In this document: one piece after another, positions 13,165-26,948 of the stretch
How the letters are laid out: every line of letters begins with the position of its first letter
Numbering within the stretch: position 1 is the stretch's first letter
Origin: Octopus sinensis
Lineage: Eukaryota
Assembly: GCF_006345805.1 (NCBI RefSeq)
Contig: NC_043006.1
Location: 54,250,001-54,314,000, forward strand
DNA: 64,000 nucleotides
Direction: 5' to 3'
Position numbers and translations under genes: made by a program
Notes under the pieces: model-generated
What the model was told of the DNA's origin: nothing
The model's database searches: none
The model's input: only the letters and a program-made list of their open reading frames with translations

Positions 13165-13602
13165 ATCTACTCTTTACTTTTTTGTTTGTCATTTGACTGT
13201 GCCCATGCTACAGCACCATCTTGAGGATTTCTGGTCGAATAAATCGCCCCCAGGACTTATTTTTCTTTTAAGCCTAGTACTTATTCTATCAGTCAGTTTT
13301 ACTGAACTGCTAAGCTAGGGTGATGTAAACACATCAACACCAGTTGTCAGGTGGTGATGGGAGAGATAAACACACACACACACACGCACATACATACACA
13401 CATATATGTGTTTCTGTCATATACATATATTTGCTTGTGACACAAACACACACACGTTTCTGTCTATCAAACCCACTCACAAAGCTTTGGTCGGCCCGAG
13501 CTATAGTAGAAGACATTAGCCCAAGGTGCCACACAGCGGGGCTGATCCTAAAACCATGTGGTTGGGAAGCAAGCCTCTTTACCACACAGTCATGCCTGTG
13601 CT
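13165..13602 (-). mobile_element. SINE family A
   Basis: Colinear with 39589-39991 in reverse, with a CA/TA tract in the middle. Confidence 0.85.
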
Positions 13603-15318
13603 CTTATAAGTTTGATGAGTAGGAGGTAGTTTTCATTTAATAATTGTTAACTGCTGACTGTAGGCACAGGCATGGCTGTAAGGTTGAGAAATTCACTTTA
13701 CAGAGGCCATGTCTGGCCATGGGGGAAATATTACATTGCTTGGAAACAAGTAAGAAGTGGTGACAAGAGCAGCATTTGGCTGTAGAAAACCTGCCTCAAT
13801 AAACTCTGTCCAACTCCTGGAAGCATAAAAAAAGTGGACATTACACATGATGATGATGATGTACTCATGGGTGGAATATGTTTAATCTTATATAGGGCTG
13901 CTCTGTGGCTATAAGCAACACCCACAACACATACATGCACAAAACAAAACCTGTTCACATATATTTATCATTTTTCAAATGAAGAGAAAGAACATAAGAG
14001 AGGATGCAGACAGTTTGGAAGGTTCATGTGTTTGCATAAATTAAATAAGCTGGTGTTTTGTTGCTAGGAATCCTTTGAAGTAATAGTAGTTCCTGCTCCC
14101 TGTTTGGTCTATAATACAACCATTAATAAACCTGCTTTATCTGGTTTAAAGGTTTATTCATTTTAACCTCACAATCTCACTGATATCTTTTTATTTTTTG
14201 TTAGCTTCAATCATTAGACTGCGGTCATGCTGGGGCACCACCTTTAAGAATTTTAGTTGAATGATTTGATCACAATACTTTTTTTTTTGTTGTTTTGTTT
14301 TTTAATGCCTGATACTTATTCTATCTGTGTCTTTTACTGAACTGCTAAGTTATGGGGACATAGACTCACCAACACCAGTTGTCAAGTGGTGGTGGGAAAC
14401 AAACACAGATACAAAGACACACACACATGTGATGAGCTTTCAGTTTCCATCTGCAAAATTCACTCACATGGCTTTGGTTGGCCTGAGACTAGAGTAGAAA
14501 ACATTTGTCCAAGGTGTCATGCTTCTTACTTGGAAATAGGTGAGGATTGGTAACAGAAAGGGCATCTGATCATAGAAAACATACCTCAAATTCCATTCAA
14601 CCTCTGCATGCATTGAAAAGTGGTTGTTAAAATGATGATGATATGTATGTTAGGCACACTAAAAGGGATGTTATTGTCCTCAACAAGTCTGTGGAGTTCT
14701 TTTGATCCTTGAATGTTTCCACCCATTTGTTAACTACCTAACAGACTGTGCTGGATGTGTTTCATTATGGTATTAGTAAGGTTTACTTGTATTACATAAA
14801 ACTAGAAAGTCTTCAGTACACAATGATGTGTTTTGTTTGATACACTAATAATGATTTCTAAGTCAGATATGAGTTGACTCGAGTACTAGTTTGCTACCAC
14901 TGGAGGGACAAATCTCAGATGGCTTTTGAACCTAGAATGTAAAAATTGCAGGGTTTTTTTCTTTTTTTTCCTGGTGATATATGCTAATGTACACACACTG
15001 TATCATCCCAAACGTGTAATAACAAAAATAAGAGCTAATCTGAACTGACTACTTAAATAGTGTGACTGTTTGTGTTATGTCAGATGTAGTAATAGTGAAA
15101 ACATGTGTGTCACCAAATCTTGGAAGGAAGACTGCAAACCAAAAGATTTGCATCTCTGTCTAGGAGTTTACTGACAGTAGAGGAACGATGTCTTGTAAAT
15201 GTTTTGATCTCATATCTCTTATGTTCTACTTAATTCTATCCTCCCAGTTCTCTTTCTCTCTTTCTATCTATTTATATATCACTTACACTCTCCCCACCTC
15301 TCTTTCTCACTCTCTGTC

Positions 15319-15359
<41 letters not shown>

Positions 15360-15495
15360 ATATATATATATATATCCATCCACTTACCCACCCACAAACA
15401 CATTGGGTCTCAAAATGCACTGATGTGGATTTGCTTTTCAGGTTTGTCAGTCAGGGGGAGGAATTTCCCAGATTTTTTTCGGTTGAGGAATTCCA

Positions 15496-15526
<31 letters not shown>

Positions 15527-18500
15527 TGTGTGCATGTGAGATGACAGTGATGGTGGTAGCAGCAGTGGTGAATGTTCCAGTCATTTAAAGAAATCTTTTG
15601 TTGCTTCTCTCCCAAGCAATCCTTCAGGCACACATACCAGGGTTTTTCTTTCTTTTTGTCCTTTGCCTACTCTCATCAAAGATGGTGATAGTGACTGTTA
15701 TCTGACACCGGGTTAGGTTCAATAAAGCCTAAAATACATCCATGTGCTGACAGCTTCATATGAAAAATGAAATCAGCATTTAAGGATCTTTGTATCCTGT
15801 TTGAGAAGATATCCTTAAGAAAGGAAATGGAAAAGATTCTTCCTTGATATGGCTCAGTAAATTGCTGGAAATTCTTATCTCTGTTAAATAAATAAATCTA
15901 CACTTATTTTGTTGTTTTGTTTTTACTAGTACATGCTTGGTTAATAGTAATTCATTCATTCATTTGATTATTCATTCATTATTCTTGTTCTTATCACTAC
16001 TACCACCACCTACACAACATTTTCACCACCATTACTACTACTAGTACTACTAGTATTACTATGTTCATGTTTTTTAGTTTTGTAGTGTGTTCTGAGGTGT
16101 TTGATTCTCAACATCCTGTCAGGAAGTTGGATGGGTTTTATTTTATTTTATTCAAATTTTTTTTCCCTTTGGTATTTGTGTGTGTGTGTGTGTGTGTGTA
16201 CAGAGGTTGGTTAGTTTGAGCATGATGAGTGGCAGAGTTGATGGAATGTGATCTGTTTTGATTACGGTGACTTATGCAAATTTATCTAGTTTGTCTCATT
16301 TATTATGTCTGTGTTAAATGTTGTGTTTAAAACATTTTCTGATAGCCTTTGTACTGAATGCTTCCTTTCCACTCTTGCCTCACCTCCTCCGTTACCAACT
16401 TCTTCCTCATCTATGTTTTCCTCTTTCACAACATACTTCCGCCTCACTATAACCAGTCTAGTGGCCCAGTGGTAATATTTCCTTTTAGTAATATAAAGTA
16501 CTGGCTTTAAATTCCAATCTGCATCTTCACCAGACCTCTGATCTTTGAAGAAAACCCCCACTTGCCCCTGTGAAGGGCGTTGTTGGTTGCTGCTGTATAA
16601 TAGCCTTCCTGACAGCAAAAGGTTTTATTCATTCTCTTTGCTGCCCAACTAGTAATTTCCTTGCTGTTAGGTCTCACCCATGTAGATTGACCCTTGATAT
16701 ACCATTAAGTGTTGTGTAAGTAGGTGCCTGTCTGGTGCCTACTTACATCTAGCTCAGCCTCTGTGAATGGTTGTGTAATCATTGTTTATGAAGCAGTCAC
16801 TCTTATGTTTAACAACCTCATCCATGCTGTGTTTTTTTCATCCAGTTTTATTTGCTGCCATATCAACTGTTTTGTGGTTAATGTTAGGGCATTAGTGAAA
16901 AATCATCCTAAATTAAAGGAAATATTGCCACCTCTAGTCTTTTAGAAGAGCAGTTATATATGATACTAAATCATAGATACTGTATGTTACCAATGGTCTC
17001 ATGTGGTCACAGATCTGATATAGTGCTGCTGTTACACACATAAATATTCTCAAATACATGCAAAAAGACATTTACAGGCCTTGCAGGTAATATCCAAAAG
17101 CCATTCAACTAATTAGTAAAGATTCACTACAATACACTACAAGTTCTTGCTGTGTCTTCTCTTGTTACTGCTGTGGTGACTTCTACTCTCTGAATTAGCC
17201 AGCTGCATACTCTCTTTGGTCTGGTTTACTGGGCACCAATGCCTCTCCTTTCATTACCCTTATTGGTATCTGACTTCCAGCAGAGCTATTCTCTGAAATT
17301 CTTTTCCTTCCTCATATTTTCCCATACTGACACCTATCTACAGATGTTTGAAACTTATCACTAGTCTAGGAGGTCATTGGTACTCTCTTTTCTTCTATCA
17401 CTGAAAAAAAAATTCTTCATCTGTTAGCACTTTACCGATCTGAAACTTAAGGTTGTTTTGGTGATGGACTCACCTTCAATGTATATGTAGGAGTTAGTGG
17501 CTATAGTTATTGATGATAGCTAGATAGCTATTAAATGTAATCTGAAGATGACTATTCTGGTTTGTGGGTGTTTTTTTTTTTTTTGTTAGTTAAAAAATTA
17601 GTTCAGAGCCTCTGTTGGTCAACCTGGGCAAGATTTTTTCAAGGAAGAGTGACAACTATCCATGCATGCAAGCCTCTCTTCCTCCTCAATGGTTATCTAA
17701 GGGTAAAGCCACTGACTTGAGCCTTTATAGCTTGGCATCAATGACATCACTGGCATGGCTATCAGAACACAGACAACCAGAACCGACACCACAAGGCATC
17801 TCATCTGACTCTCTGCATTTCTGTTAGTCCACCATTCTTTATTGAACGACAAAATATACTTCAGTAAGTTTTGAACATGGGGTACAGACAGGCAGCAATC
17901 ATTTGACTGAATTGATAAAGCATCACGGTATTTTTCTCTGATTCTCTGCACTCTGGTTTGAATCTCACTGTGGTCAGTTTTGCATTTTATCTTTTGAGAA
18001 ATTGACAAAAAAGTACCAATCCAGTGGATTGATGACAGAACTGTAAAATCCATCAAACCAGATACTTTCCAGTATTTATTCCAGTTTGTTTGCATTTTGA
18101 GTTCAAGTCCTGCCATACTCTAAGGGCAGTAGACTGCAACTGTTGCTCTGTTTAACACTCCCATTTGGCACCTTTGATACTTTTTGCAAAGTCCACTCTG
18201 TTGCAAGCATTAGGACTTAATCTCCAGTTAAAGAAAGCTCCCTTCCTTCCCTCCCTGCCACCTTCCATTAGTCTCTGAGGCCCTGTAGAAGGTCATGGGC
18301 AATACCTTTCCTCCTGACTTATAGATTAAAACAAAAACAAAACTAGAGTAGAGAGGGCGTGTCATTGATGAGGTCATGAATGGTAATGAAAGAATTCTGA
18401 TGAACCTAGCTAACTGATCAAATGACCAAACAATTGATTAGTTAATCAATTAAATGTTTAACTAGTTGACTCATAAATCTTTCTACTATAAGCACAAGGC

Positions 18501-19954
18501 CTGAAATTTTGAGGGAGGGAGCTAGTCACTTACATTGACCCCAGTGCTTGTACTTATTTCACTGACCACAAAATGATGAAAGACAAAGTAGACCTTGATG
18601 GAATTTGAACCTAGAATGTAAAGCCAGAAAGAAATGCTAAGCATTTTGTCTGGTGTGCTGATGATTCTATTAGCTTACCACCTTAATTGACTGATAATGA
18701 TAAAAGAAGTGAAATAGAACCAGTGCATGTGTTTATTATGTGCATGATAACCCTCCTGGGACACAAGAAAAACAAAAGCTATATATGTATTTCATAGCCT
18801 GACATCTGATCTCCTTCAACCCATGTATCACTTGTGTTAGGGGATGTGACTTAATAACCTTAATCTCTACTACACTGGAAGCTAGCTAGCTGTGTAAAAT
18901 TAGATAGTTCAGTTTATATCAAGGACATTTTCTTTCTGGGATGGTGATTGTCTTTCATTTATTTAATACTACCGGAAACTGCAGATAAGGTCTATTCCTA
19001 TGAGTCATGCTGAGTGGAGCATGGCTATAGATCATTAGAACATTTTGAAAGGGCAATCACATTTAAGAGTGATTAGGATTGGAGGACTTATTTGTTTCTA
19101 AAGCTGTTTCCTAAATTTGATGACTTTGTTTGCAATCATCCAGTCTTTGTTGTTGTTGTTATTGTGTGATCATGTGTTAAAGTGCAATTCATTCATAGTT
19201 TATAATGGCCGTCCCTAACTCATTGTTTGCAGGCAACATATTGTTCATACGGATCTTTTGTGCTAACCCTTTGTACATACACACACATGTATATATTTAC
19301 ATACATACACATATATTTACATACATATACATATATTTACACATACACACATACACAGACACACACTCTTGTAATTCTCTCTCCCCCACATATACAATAA
19401 TCACATCATTATATCATTTTTATTATTGGTCACATTCATAACATGTATAGAAGGTTTTGTTCAAAGGCAGATGAAGCTTGAAACTTTTGCTTTCTGTAAT
19501 TTTGTCATCACATTTTAAACAGTGATTCATATAAAACATGGAGTGAGCTTCTGTATTATTCTTGTTGCTTAACCATAGGCCAGCATTGCTTGAACAGTTC
19601 CTATAATCAAAAACTTTCCACCCAGGACCACTCTGTTTTTCTTTTAGGGATATCTAGGCCTCAGGCCTACATTATCAATGTGTCCTTCCTCATTTTCAAG
19701 ACAGAAGGTGTTTTTTTGAGGGAATTTTAGCTATTATTTTTAAACAGGTCATGAAATTCAGTTCAAGCAACTCATTACACAAACAGTGGCTGTGTGGATA
19801 AGGCTCTAAGCTACCTACTTGGAGATTAGAGGTTCAAATCATCTGTTGGTTGTACTTTGTGTTCCTGAGCAGAACATCATTATTTTTATATTTCTGAAGA
19901 TTAACAATTAACTAGCTATTAGGGATGTTAGTTATTTTAATCTGTGCATCTATA

Positions 19955-20320
19955 GGTACAGGTGTAGCTGTGTGGTAAACAGTTTGCTTCCCAAGCACAT
20001 GGTTCTGGGTTCTGTTCCACTGTGTGGCACTTTAGGCAAGTCTCAGGCTGACCAAAGCCTCGTGAGTGGATTTGATAGATGGAAACTGAAAGAATCCCAC
20101 CATATATGTTTGTGTGTATGTTTATCCCCAACTACTGCTTGACAATCGGTGTTGATGTCATTGTTTCCCCATGACTTAATGGTTCAGCAAAAAGGAACTG
20201 ATAGAATAAGTATCAGGCTTTAAAAAAGAAAAGCACTGGAGTCAATTCATTTGACTAAAATTCTTCAAAGTGGTACCTCAACAAGGCCACAGTCTAATGA
20301 CTGAAACAAGTAAAAGATAA
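19955..20320 (+). mobile_element. SINE family A
   Basis: GCTGTGTGGTAA...CATGGTTCTGGGTTCTGTTCCACTG...GGCAAG...GAAACTGAAAGAA...CAGTCTAATGACTGAAACAAGTAAAAGA. Confidence 0.8.
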
Positions 20321-20489
20321 ATGTATCCAGGCTGGAGATTGATTTTGAAGTGGCTTTTTGTACCAAGGCACCTACTCCTGGTTTTATGATAGAAATTTCT
20401 TGTTTTAAAGTGATCCAAGTGAAAATCTTCCATCAAAATTTCATGAAGTTTCAAATACTGATTTAATAAGTAGAAAATTACTATTTTAA

Positions 20490-20567
20490 CCCTTTCGTTA
20501 CTGTATTTATGTTAAGATGCTCTGTGTTTCAAACTAAAGAGCCAGAGCCGGGTTGGTAATGAAAGGG
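20490..20567. mobile_element. 78-bp piggyBac-like mini-MITE
   Basis: TTAA on both sides; TIRs CCCTTTCGTTAC / GTAATGAAAGGG; both halves match the ends of 42797-43017. Confidence 0.8.
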
Positions 20568-20623
20568 TTAAATTGAACTGAAATATGTGGAATCTATTTT
20601 TATTGAAATACAGTAACCAAAGT

Positions 20624-20930
20624 GGAGGCGCAAATGGCCCAGTGGTTAGGGCAGCGCATTCGCGGTTGGAGGATCATGGTTTAGATTCCCAGACCGGTAT
20701 GGTGTGTGTTTATTGAGCGAAAACACCTAAAGCTCCACAAGGCTCCAGCAGGGGTGGCGGCGATCTCTGTTGTACTCTTTCGCCCCAACTTTTTCTAACA
20801 CTTTCTTCCTGTTTCTTGAGTAATGCTGCAATGGACTGGCGTCCCGTCCAGCTGGGGGGGAAGCACATACACCATAGAAACCAGGAAACCTGGCTCATGA
20901 GCCTGGCTAGGCTTGAAAAGAGGCCATAAA
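20624..20930 (+). mobile_element. tRNA-derived SINE with a central GCAATGGACTGGCGTCCCGTCCAG domain
   Basis: A-box TGGCCCAGTGGTTAG and B-box-like GGTTTAGATTCCC; the central motif resembles conserved V/Meta-type SINE domains (assignment unverified). Confidence 0.7.
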
Positions 20931-22972
20931 TATTTTTTAAATGGTAACCAAAGGGCTAAGTTACTGCAACATGGAAAAGAAAAGCAGTTGATAGAATAAA
21001 GTAGAATCACTAACATGCTGATATAATATATAGAGGACTTGAAGTATGTTGTACTAGTTTGAGTGAATTTAAGAATCAAGTAACTCAGTAGATGTTCTCT
21101 TGTGATCATGCTCTAAGCATAGAATTCACACTCACCCTCACCCTCACATAATCATTTCCTTTCCATATTTTGCATAATAATTGTTGAACAGGTTTGGCTT
21201 ATGAGCTGATTGATTCTCTTATTTATTGACTTCTTATAGTTTCCGTCCACACCTGCTACTTTCGCATTATTCATTAAAATCTGTTGAGAGAAAAACAGAG
21301 AGAGTGCTGTAATTCTGAAACTTCTGCATCATCACCGCCATCACCATCATGATGATAATCCTTTCAACTATAGGCACAAGACCTGAAATTTGGGGTGCAG
21401 AGGCTAGTTGATTACATTGACACCCGTACTCAACTGGTACTTAATTTATCAACCCCCAAAAGGTTGGTTAACAAGTGGAGTCAATCTCAGTGAAATTTAA
21501 ACTCAGTCTATATAGACAGAAAATGCTGTATTTTGTTTGGCATGCCAATGATTCTGTCAGCTTGCCACCTTAATAATAAAAGTAGTAGTAGTAGTAGTAA
21601 TGATGATGATAATAATAATAATAATAGTCCTCTCTACTTGAAGTGCAAGGCCTCAAATTTGTGGGGAGGGGACAAGGCAATTACAATGACCCCAGTGTTC
21701 AACTGGTACTTTTTTTATCAACCCCAAAAGGATGAAACATACAGTCGACCATGGCAGAATTTGAACTTAGAATGTAAAGACATGAAAGGCTGCTAAGCAT
21801 TTTGCCCCACATTGCTAACAATTCTGCCAGCTTACCGCCTAACACTAATAACTTGTCAGACCCATGAATATTTCACAGAATTAATGGTACACCTATTGGG
21901 TTATTTCTGAAAATGTTATCCAAAAAACCTGCAAATGTAGCCTGTATTATCTGTATGGAAAGATGGTCGCTCATTTGCTACTCATTGAAAATGGAAGAAA
22001 TTGGAATACGATGATTACTTAATGCACTTTATATATACACTTTATATACTTTATGTACAATTTTATTGACTTAATACACAGCACTCATAAAATAAATATT
22101 CACTCTTATTTTTCCTTTTATCCTATAAACAAAACAAAAATATTCTGTACATATGATACAACCTTTAGTTGAATTGCATGTATCTACCACATAAATGAAC
22201 ATGAATGTTTCACAGAATTGCACTTATGCACGTGTTAAAGTGATAGGTGGCATAAAAAACATAGTTCATAAAATATTTACACTTTTCACTATCCAATCAT
22301 CAACACCACCACCACAATCATCATCTGTCTCTCTCTCTCTCTCTCCCTCCTCTTTCTCCTTCCTCTCTCTTTCCCTCTTCTCTTCCCCCTCCTCTCTCTC
22401 TCTCTGTTTTTCTTTAATCTCACCATCTGAACATCACCCCTCTGCTAAAATTATATTTTTAACTCTCCTCCTCTACCTTCAACTAACTTTTTTAACCACG
22501 TAATAAATATTACATTCCTCCTCCCTCACATCATGGACGCTTCTTTCTCCTTTTACTTTCTCCTTCTTTCTCACTCTTTGCCTTGTCCTCTTTTTCTCTC
22601 TCCTTTTTCTTTCTCCCCTCTTTCCCTTCAACTAATCACATGAAAGCATTACAGCTACATTCCCTTTTCTCTCTCCCTCTTTTCTTTCTCCCTCTTTTTC
22701 TCTAATGAAAGTGTTACCAATTGGCAATAACAAATAGAATTATTACAAGATAATAATAATCCTTTCTGCTATATGCACAAGGCCTAAAATTTTGGGATAA
22801 GGGGGCTAGTGAAGTACATCAAACCCAGGGTTGATGGGTACTTACCTTATTGACCTGCAAAGGATGAAAAGTAGAATCAACCTCAGTAGACTTTGAACTC
22901 AGAATGTAAATCCAGGAGAAACACTATTAAGCAGTTTTTCCAGTGTGTGAATGATCTGCCAGGTTGCTGCCT

Positions 22973-24185
22973 TAATAATAATAATAATAATAATTATTAT
23001 AACAATCCTTTCTACTCAAGGCACAAGGCCTGGAATTTTGGTGGAGGGAGCTACTTGATTACATCGACCTCAGTACTCAACTGGTACTTAATTTATCGAC
23101 CCCGAAAGGATGAAAGGCAAAGCCGACCTCGGTGGAATTTGAACTCAGAACGTCGTAACAGATGAAATACCACTAAGCATTCTATACAGTGAGCTAACAA
23201 TTCTGCCAGCTCGATGCCTTAATTAAAAAATAATAATAATAATAATAATAATATAGGGCCAGCAATTTTGGGGGAGGGATATGTTGATTACATTGACCTC
23301 AGTACTCAACTGGTGGTTATTTTATTTACCCTGAAAGAATGAAAGGCAAAGTTGACCTCAGTGGAATAATAATAATATAATAATAATAATAATTATAACA
23401 ATCCTTTCTACTCAAGGCACAAGGCCTGGAATTTTGGTGGAGGGAGCTACTTGATTACATCGACCTCAGTACTCAACTGGTACTTAATTTATCGACCCCG
23501 AAAGATGAAAGGCAAAGCCGACCTCGGTGGAATTTGAACTCAGAACGTCGTAACAGATGAAATACCACTAAGCATTCTATACAGTGAGCTAACAATTCTG
23601 CCAGCTCGATGCCTTAATTAAAAAATAATAATAATAATAATAATAATAATATAGGGCCAGCAATTTTGGGGGAGGGATATGTTGATTACATTGACCTCAG
23701 TACTCAACTGGTGGTTATTTTATTTACCCTGAAAGAATGAAAGGCAAAGTTGACCTCAGTGGAATAATAATAATATAATAATAATAATAATTATAACAAT
23801 CCTTTCTACTCAAGGCACAAGGCCTGGAATTTTGGTGGAGGGAGCTACTTGATTACATCGACCTCAGTACTCAACTGGTACTTAATTTATCGACCCCGAA
23901 AGATGAAAGGCAAAGCCGACCTCGGTGGAATTTGAACTCAGAACGTCGTAACAGATGAAATACCACTAAGCATTCTATACAGTGAGCTAACAATTCTGCC
24001 AGCTCGATGCCTTAATTAAAAAATAATAATAATAATAATAATAATATAGGGCCAGCAATTTTGGGGGAGGGATATGTTGATTACATTGACCTCAGTACTC
24101 AACTGGTGGTTATTTTATTTACCCTGAAAGAATGAAAGGCAAAGTTGACCTCAGTGGAATAATAATAATAATAATAATAATAATA
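22973..24185. repeat. Tandem triplication of a ~397-bp unit made of one full and one partial family-B SINE plus (AAT)n
   Basis: ACAATCCTTTCTACTC recurs at 23002, 23398 and 23796; copies differ only by a 1-bp indel and (TAA)7/8/7. Confidence 0.95.
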
Positions 24186-25902
24186 TCAAAATAAAAAATG
24201 ATGGAATGAGACACTGGTGTGTCCTAAATGTGATAAAGAAATACCCAAAGAATGATCAAGAGTCTTGTCCAATCCAAAATATATGTCTCCCCCATGCCAC
24301 ATCACACCAACATACTAACTCAGTGTTCTGTTTTATTGTAATGGCTCCTTACCACAGCAGACCACCACTAGCTAATTTCCATGATTTTTCTTATGATTAT
24401 CTTTAAATAATAAATTGTGTTATTTCAGCTGTTCTTTTAATCTAAGAACTAATGTTGCAACTAAGAACCTGACTGATCCCATACTGTTGTTGTTGTTGTT
24501 GCTTGATGTATTATATTGGTGGAACACTTCGGACATTCACCACCAACAACAACAACAAGTTTAATAACTGTTGTTGTTATTTTATGTCGGAAGTTTTGAA
24601 TTGTGTGTTTATATCTTCTTCTATCACAATGAATATATTATATAGCATCTGTGTTTCCCAAAAAAACACCCCAAAAAACACAGTGTGTATGCAGACATAG
24701 ACATTCATGTACATACACTCACACATACAGATGTTTATATGAATGCTTATAAACAAATTTAGAGAAGCTGGGGTGTTTTTTGGTTTTGTTTTTAAAATTT
24801 TAACTTTGTTTTTCTTTTACTTAAATATATAATTCTTTATGTGTTTCACGTTATTTTTGTTTTAATCTCACAGTTTAAAATTTCAACATCCTCCTTTCTA
24901 TTTACAATAAATACCAAGGAAACACATCTACCAATTCATGAACAACTAAAATAAATCACTTTAACCTTGTTGTGCTATATTATCTTGACTTTCTCTATGT
25001 GTATGTAAGCCATACAAAGAAGGAAACATTTATCAATTTATTTGTACTTAACTCATTACTGGATTGTTCTCTTTTCTCTGGCAAACCTCTCCATCTGAAG
25101 AAAATAAAACCTTACCCACCCATCCATCCGTTTCATTCATTTTGTAAAATATGTGACTTTGGGGTTTATTTCTCTGGTAATTGTATTTGGTAGTTGTATA
25201 TATGTTTATGTGTGTGTTATGGTCGAGTGGCTGCAGAGTTCAATCTCCGTGTGTGGCATCATGGATGATTGTCAACCAATGCCTTGTGGATAGAATAGAT
25301 AGATGGAAACTGTATGGAAACTTTCTGTGTGTGTGTTAGAGAGAGAGAGAGAGACTGTGTGCATAGGTGTGTATGAATATTCTGTGTCCCTATTGATCCT
25401 TTTGATACCAATCCACCAAAGACTACCCCTGGTTCTATGATACAAACTTCCTGTTTTAACCAAATGAAAATGATCCAAGTGAAAATCTTGTTTCAAGATT
25501 TCATATTAATTGAAGTTTCAAACACCAGCTTAATGAATACAAAATTATTATTTCTAAAATTACATGTGTATATTTGTGTCTCCTTGTGTTGTCATTGCAT
25601 GATCATTATAAATGAAGGTCATTTATCTCTAATATATAGCGCCAAAACGTGTCTGGCTATGAGGAAATGTTATGTTGCTTGGAAACAGACAAGGGTTGGC
25701 AATAGCAGGGGTGTCTAGCCATAGAAAAGTTACCTCAGCAAACTCTGTCTGACCTATGCAAATATGGAGGTGTGGATATTGAGATAGTGTTCTTGAAGGA
25801 CTTCCTCCCACTATTTTCACTCACAAGACATTGATCAACCTGAGGCAAGTGTATATTAGTTAATCAATTACCAATTTATATTGTATAAACTGAGCTATGC
25901 AT

Positions 25903-26212
25903 GAGGGCACATAGTTCAGTGGTTAGAACATCAGACTCTCAGACTGTATGTTGTGCTCTTCAGCAAGACACATTATTTCACATTGCTCCAGTTCACTCAG
26001 CTGTAGAAATGAGTTGTGATGTCACTGGTGCCAAGCTGTATCCGTTTTTTCCTTTTCCTTGGATAACATTGGTGGCATGAAGAGGAGAGACCGGTATGCA
26101 TGGGTGACTGCTGGTCTCCCATTAACAACCTTGCCTGGACTTGTGCCTGGGTGGGTAACTTTCTAGGTGCAGTCCCATGGTCATTCATGACTGAATGGGG
26201 GTCTTTACCCTT
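25903..26212 (+). mobile_element. tRNA-derived SINE (further family)
   Basis: A-box-like TAGTTCAGTGGTTAG, then CAGCAAGACACATTATTTCACATTGCTCCAGTTCACTCAGCTG, shared with 32430-32705. Confidence 0.65.
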
Positions 26213-26544
26213 CCTAGACTGGTATTTATAATTTGTGACTTGGTCATAATGTGCTTTGTTCATTAATATATAACATATTCAAGATAATTATGATTATTTG
26301 TATGTTTTAGTTTTTGTTGTATTTTGCAGCTGTTTGAAAAAGCAGCAAGCTGACAAGAATCATTAACATGCTAGACAAAATGTTTAATGGTGTTTCTTAT
26401 GGCTTTACTTTTAGAGTTCATATTCAGGGTTGATTAATAAGTACCAGTTAAGCGCTGGGGTTGTTATAATTGATTAGGTCCTCCCTACAAATTTCAGGCT
26501 ATGTGCCTATATCAGAAAGGATTATTTTCTCTTTCTCTCTTTTT

Positions 26545-26948
26545 TTTTTTTAACTTGTTTCAGTCATTTGACTGTGGCCATGCTGGAGCACTGCCTTTAG
26601 TCAAGCAAATCGACTTCAGGACTTATTTTTTGAAGCCTAGTACTTATTCTGTTGGTCTCTTTTGCCGAACTGCTAAGTTATGGGGACGTAAACACACCAC
26701 CATTAGTTGTCAAGCAATGTTAGGTTTACAAACACAGACACACATACATATACACACATATGTATATATATACATATATACGACAGGCTTCTTTCAGTTT
26801 CCATCTACCAAACCCACTCACAAGGCTTTGGTCAGCCCGAGGCTATAGTAGAAGACACTTGCCGAACAAGGTGCCATGCGGTGGGATTGAACCCGGAACC
26901 ATGTGGTTGGTAAGCAAGCTACTTATCATATAGCCACTCCTGCGCCTA
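26545..26948 (-). mobile_element. SINE family A
   Basis: Full-length colinear reverse match to 39589-39991. Confidence 0.9.

Noticed and set aside
16286-16618. 110-aa minus-strand ORF that looks protein-like
   Set aside because: No recognisable domain, TTG start, no clear splice context; the purine-rich part resembles a decayed RTE 3' end like 12820-12930
18190-18320. Possible CRE/R2-type endonuclease remnant, with a related sequence near 12420-12500
   Set aside because: Too decayed to assign; only a few matching residues interrupted by stops
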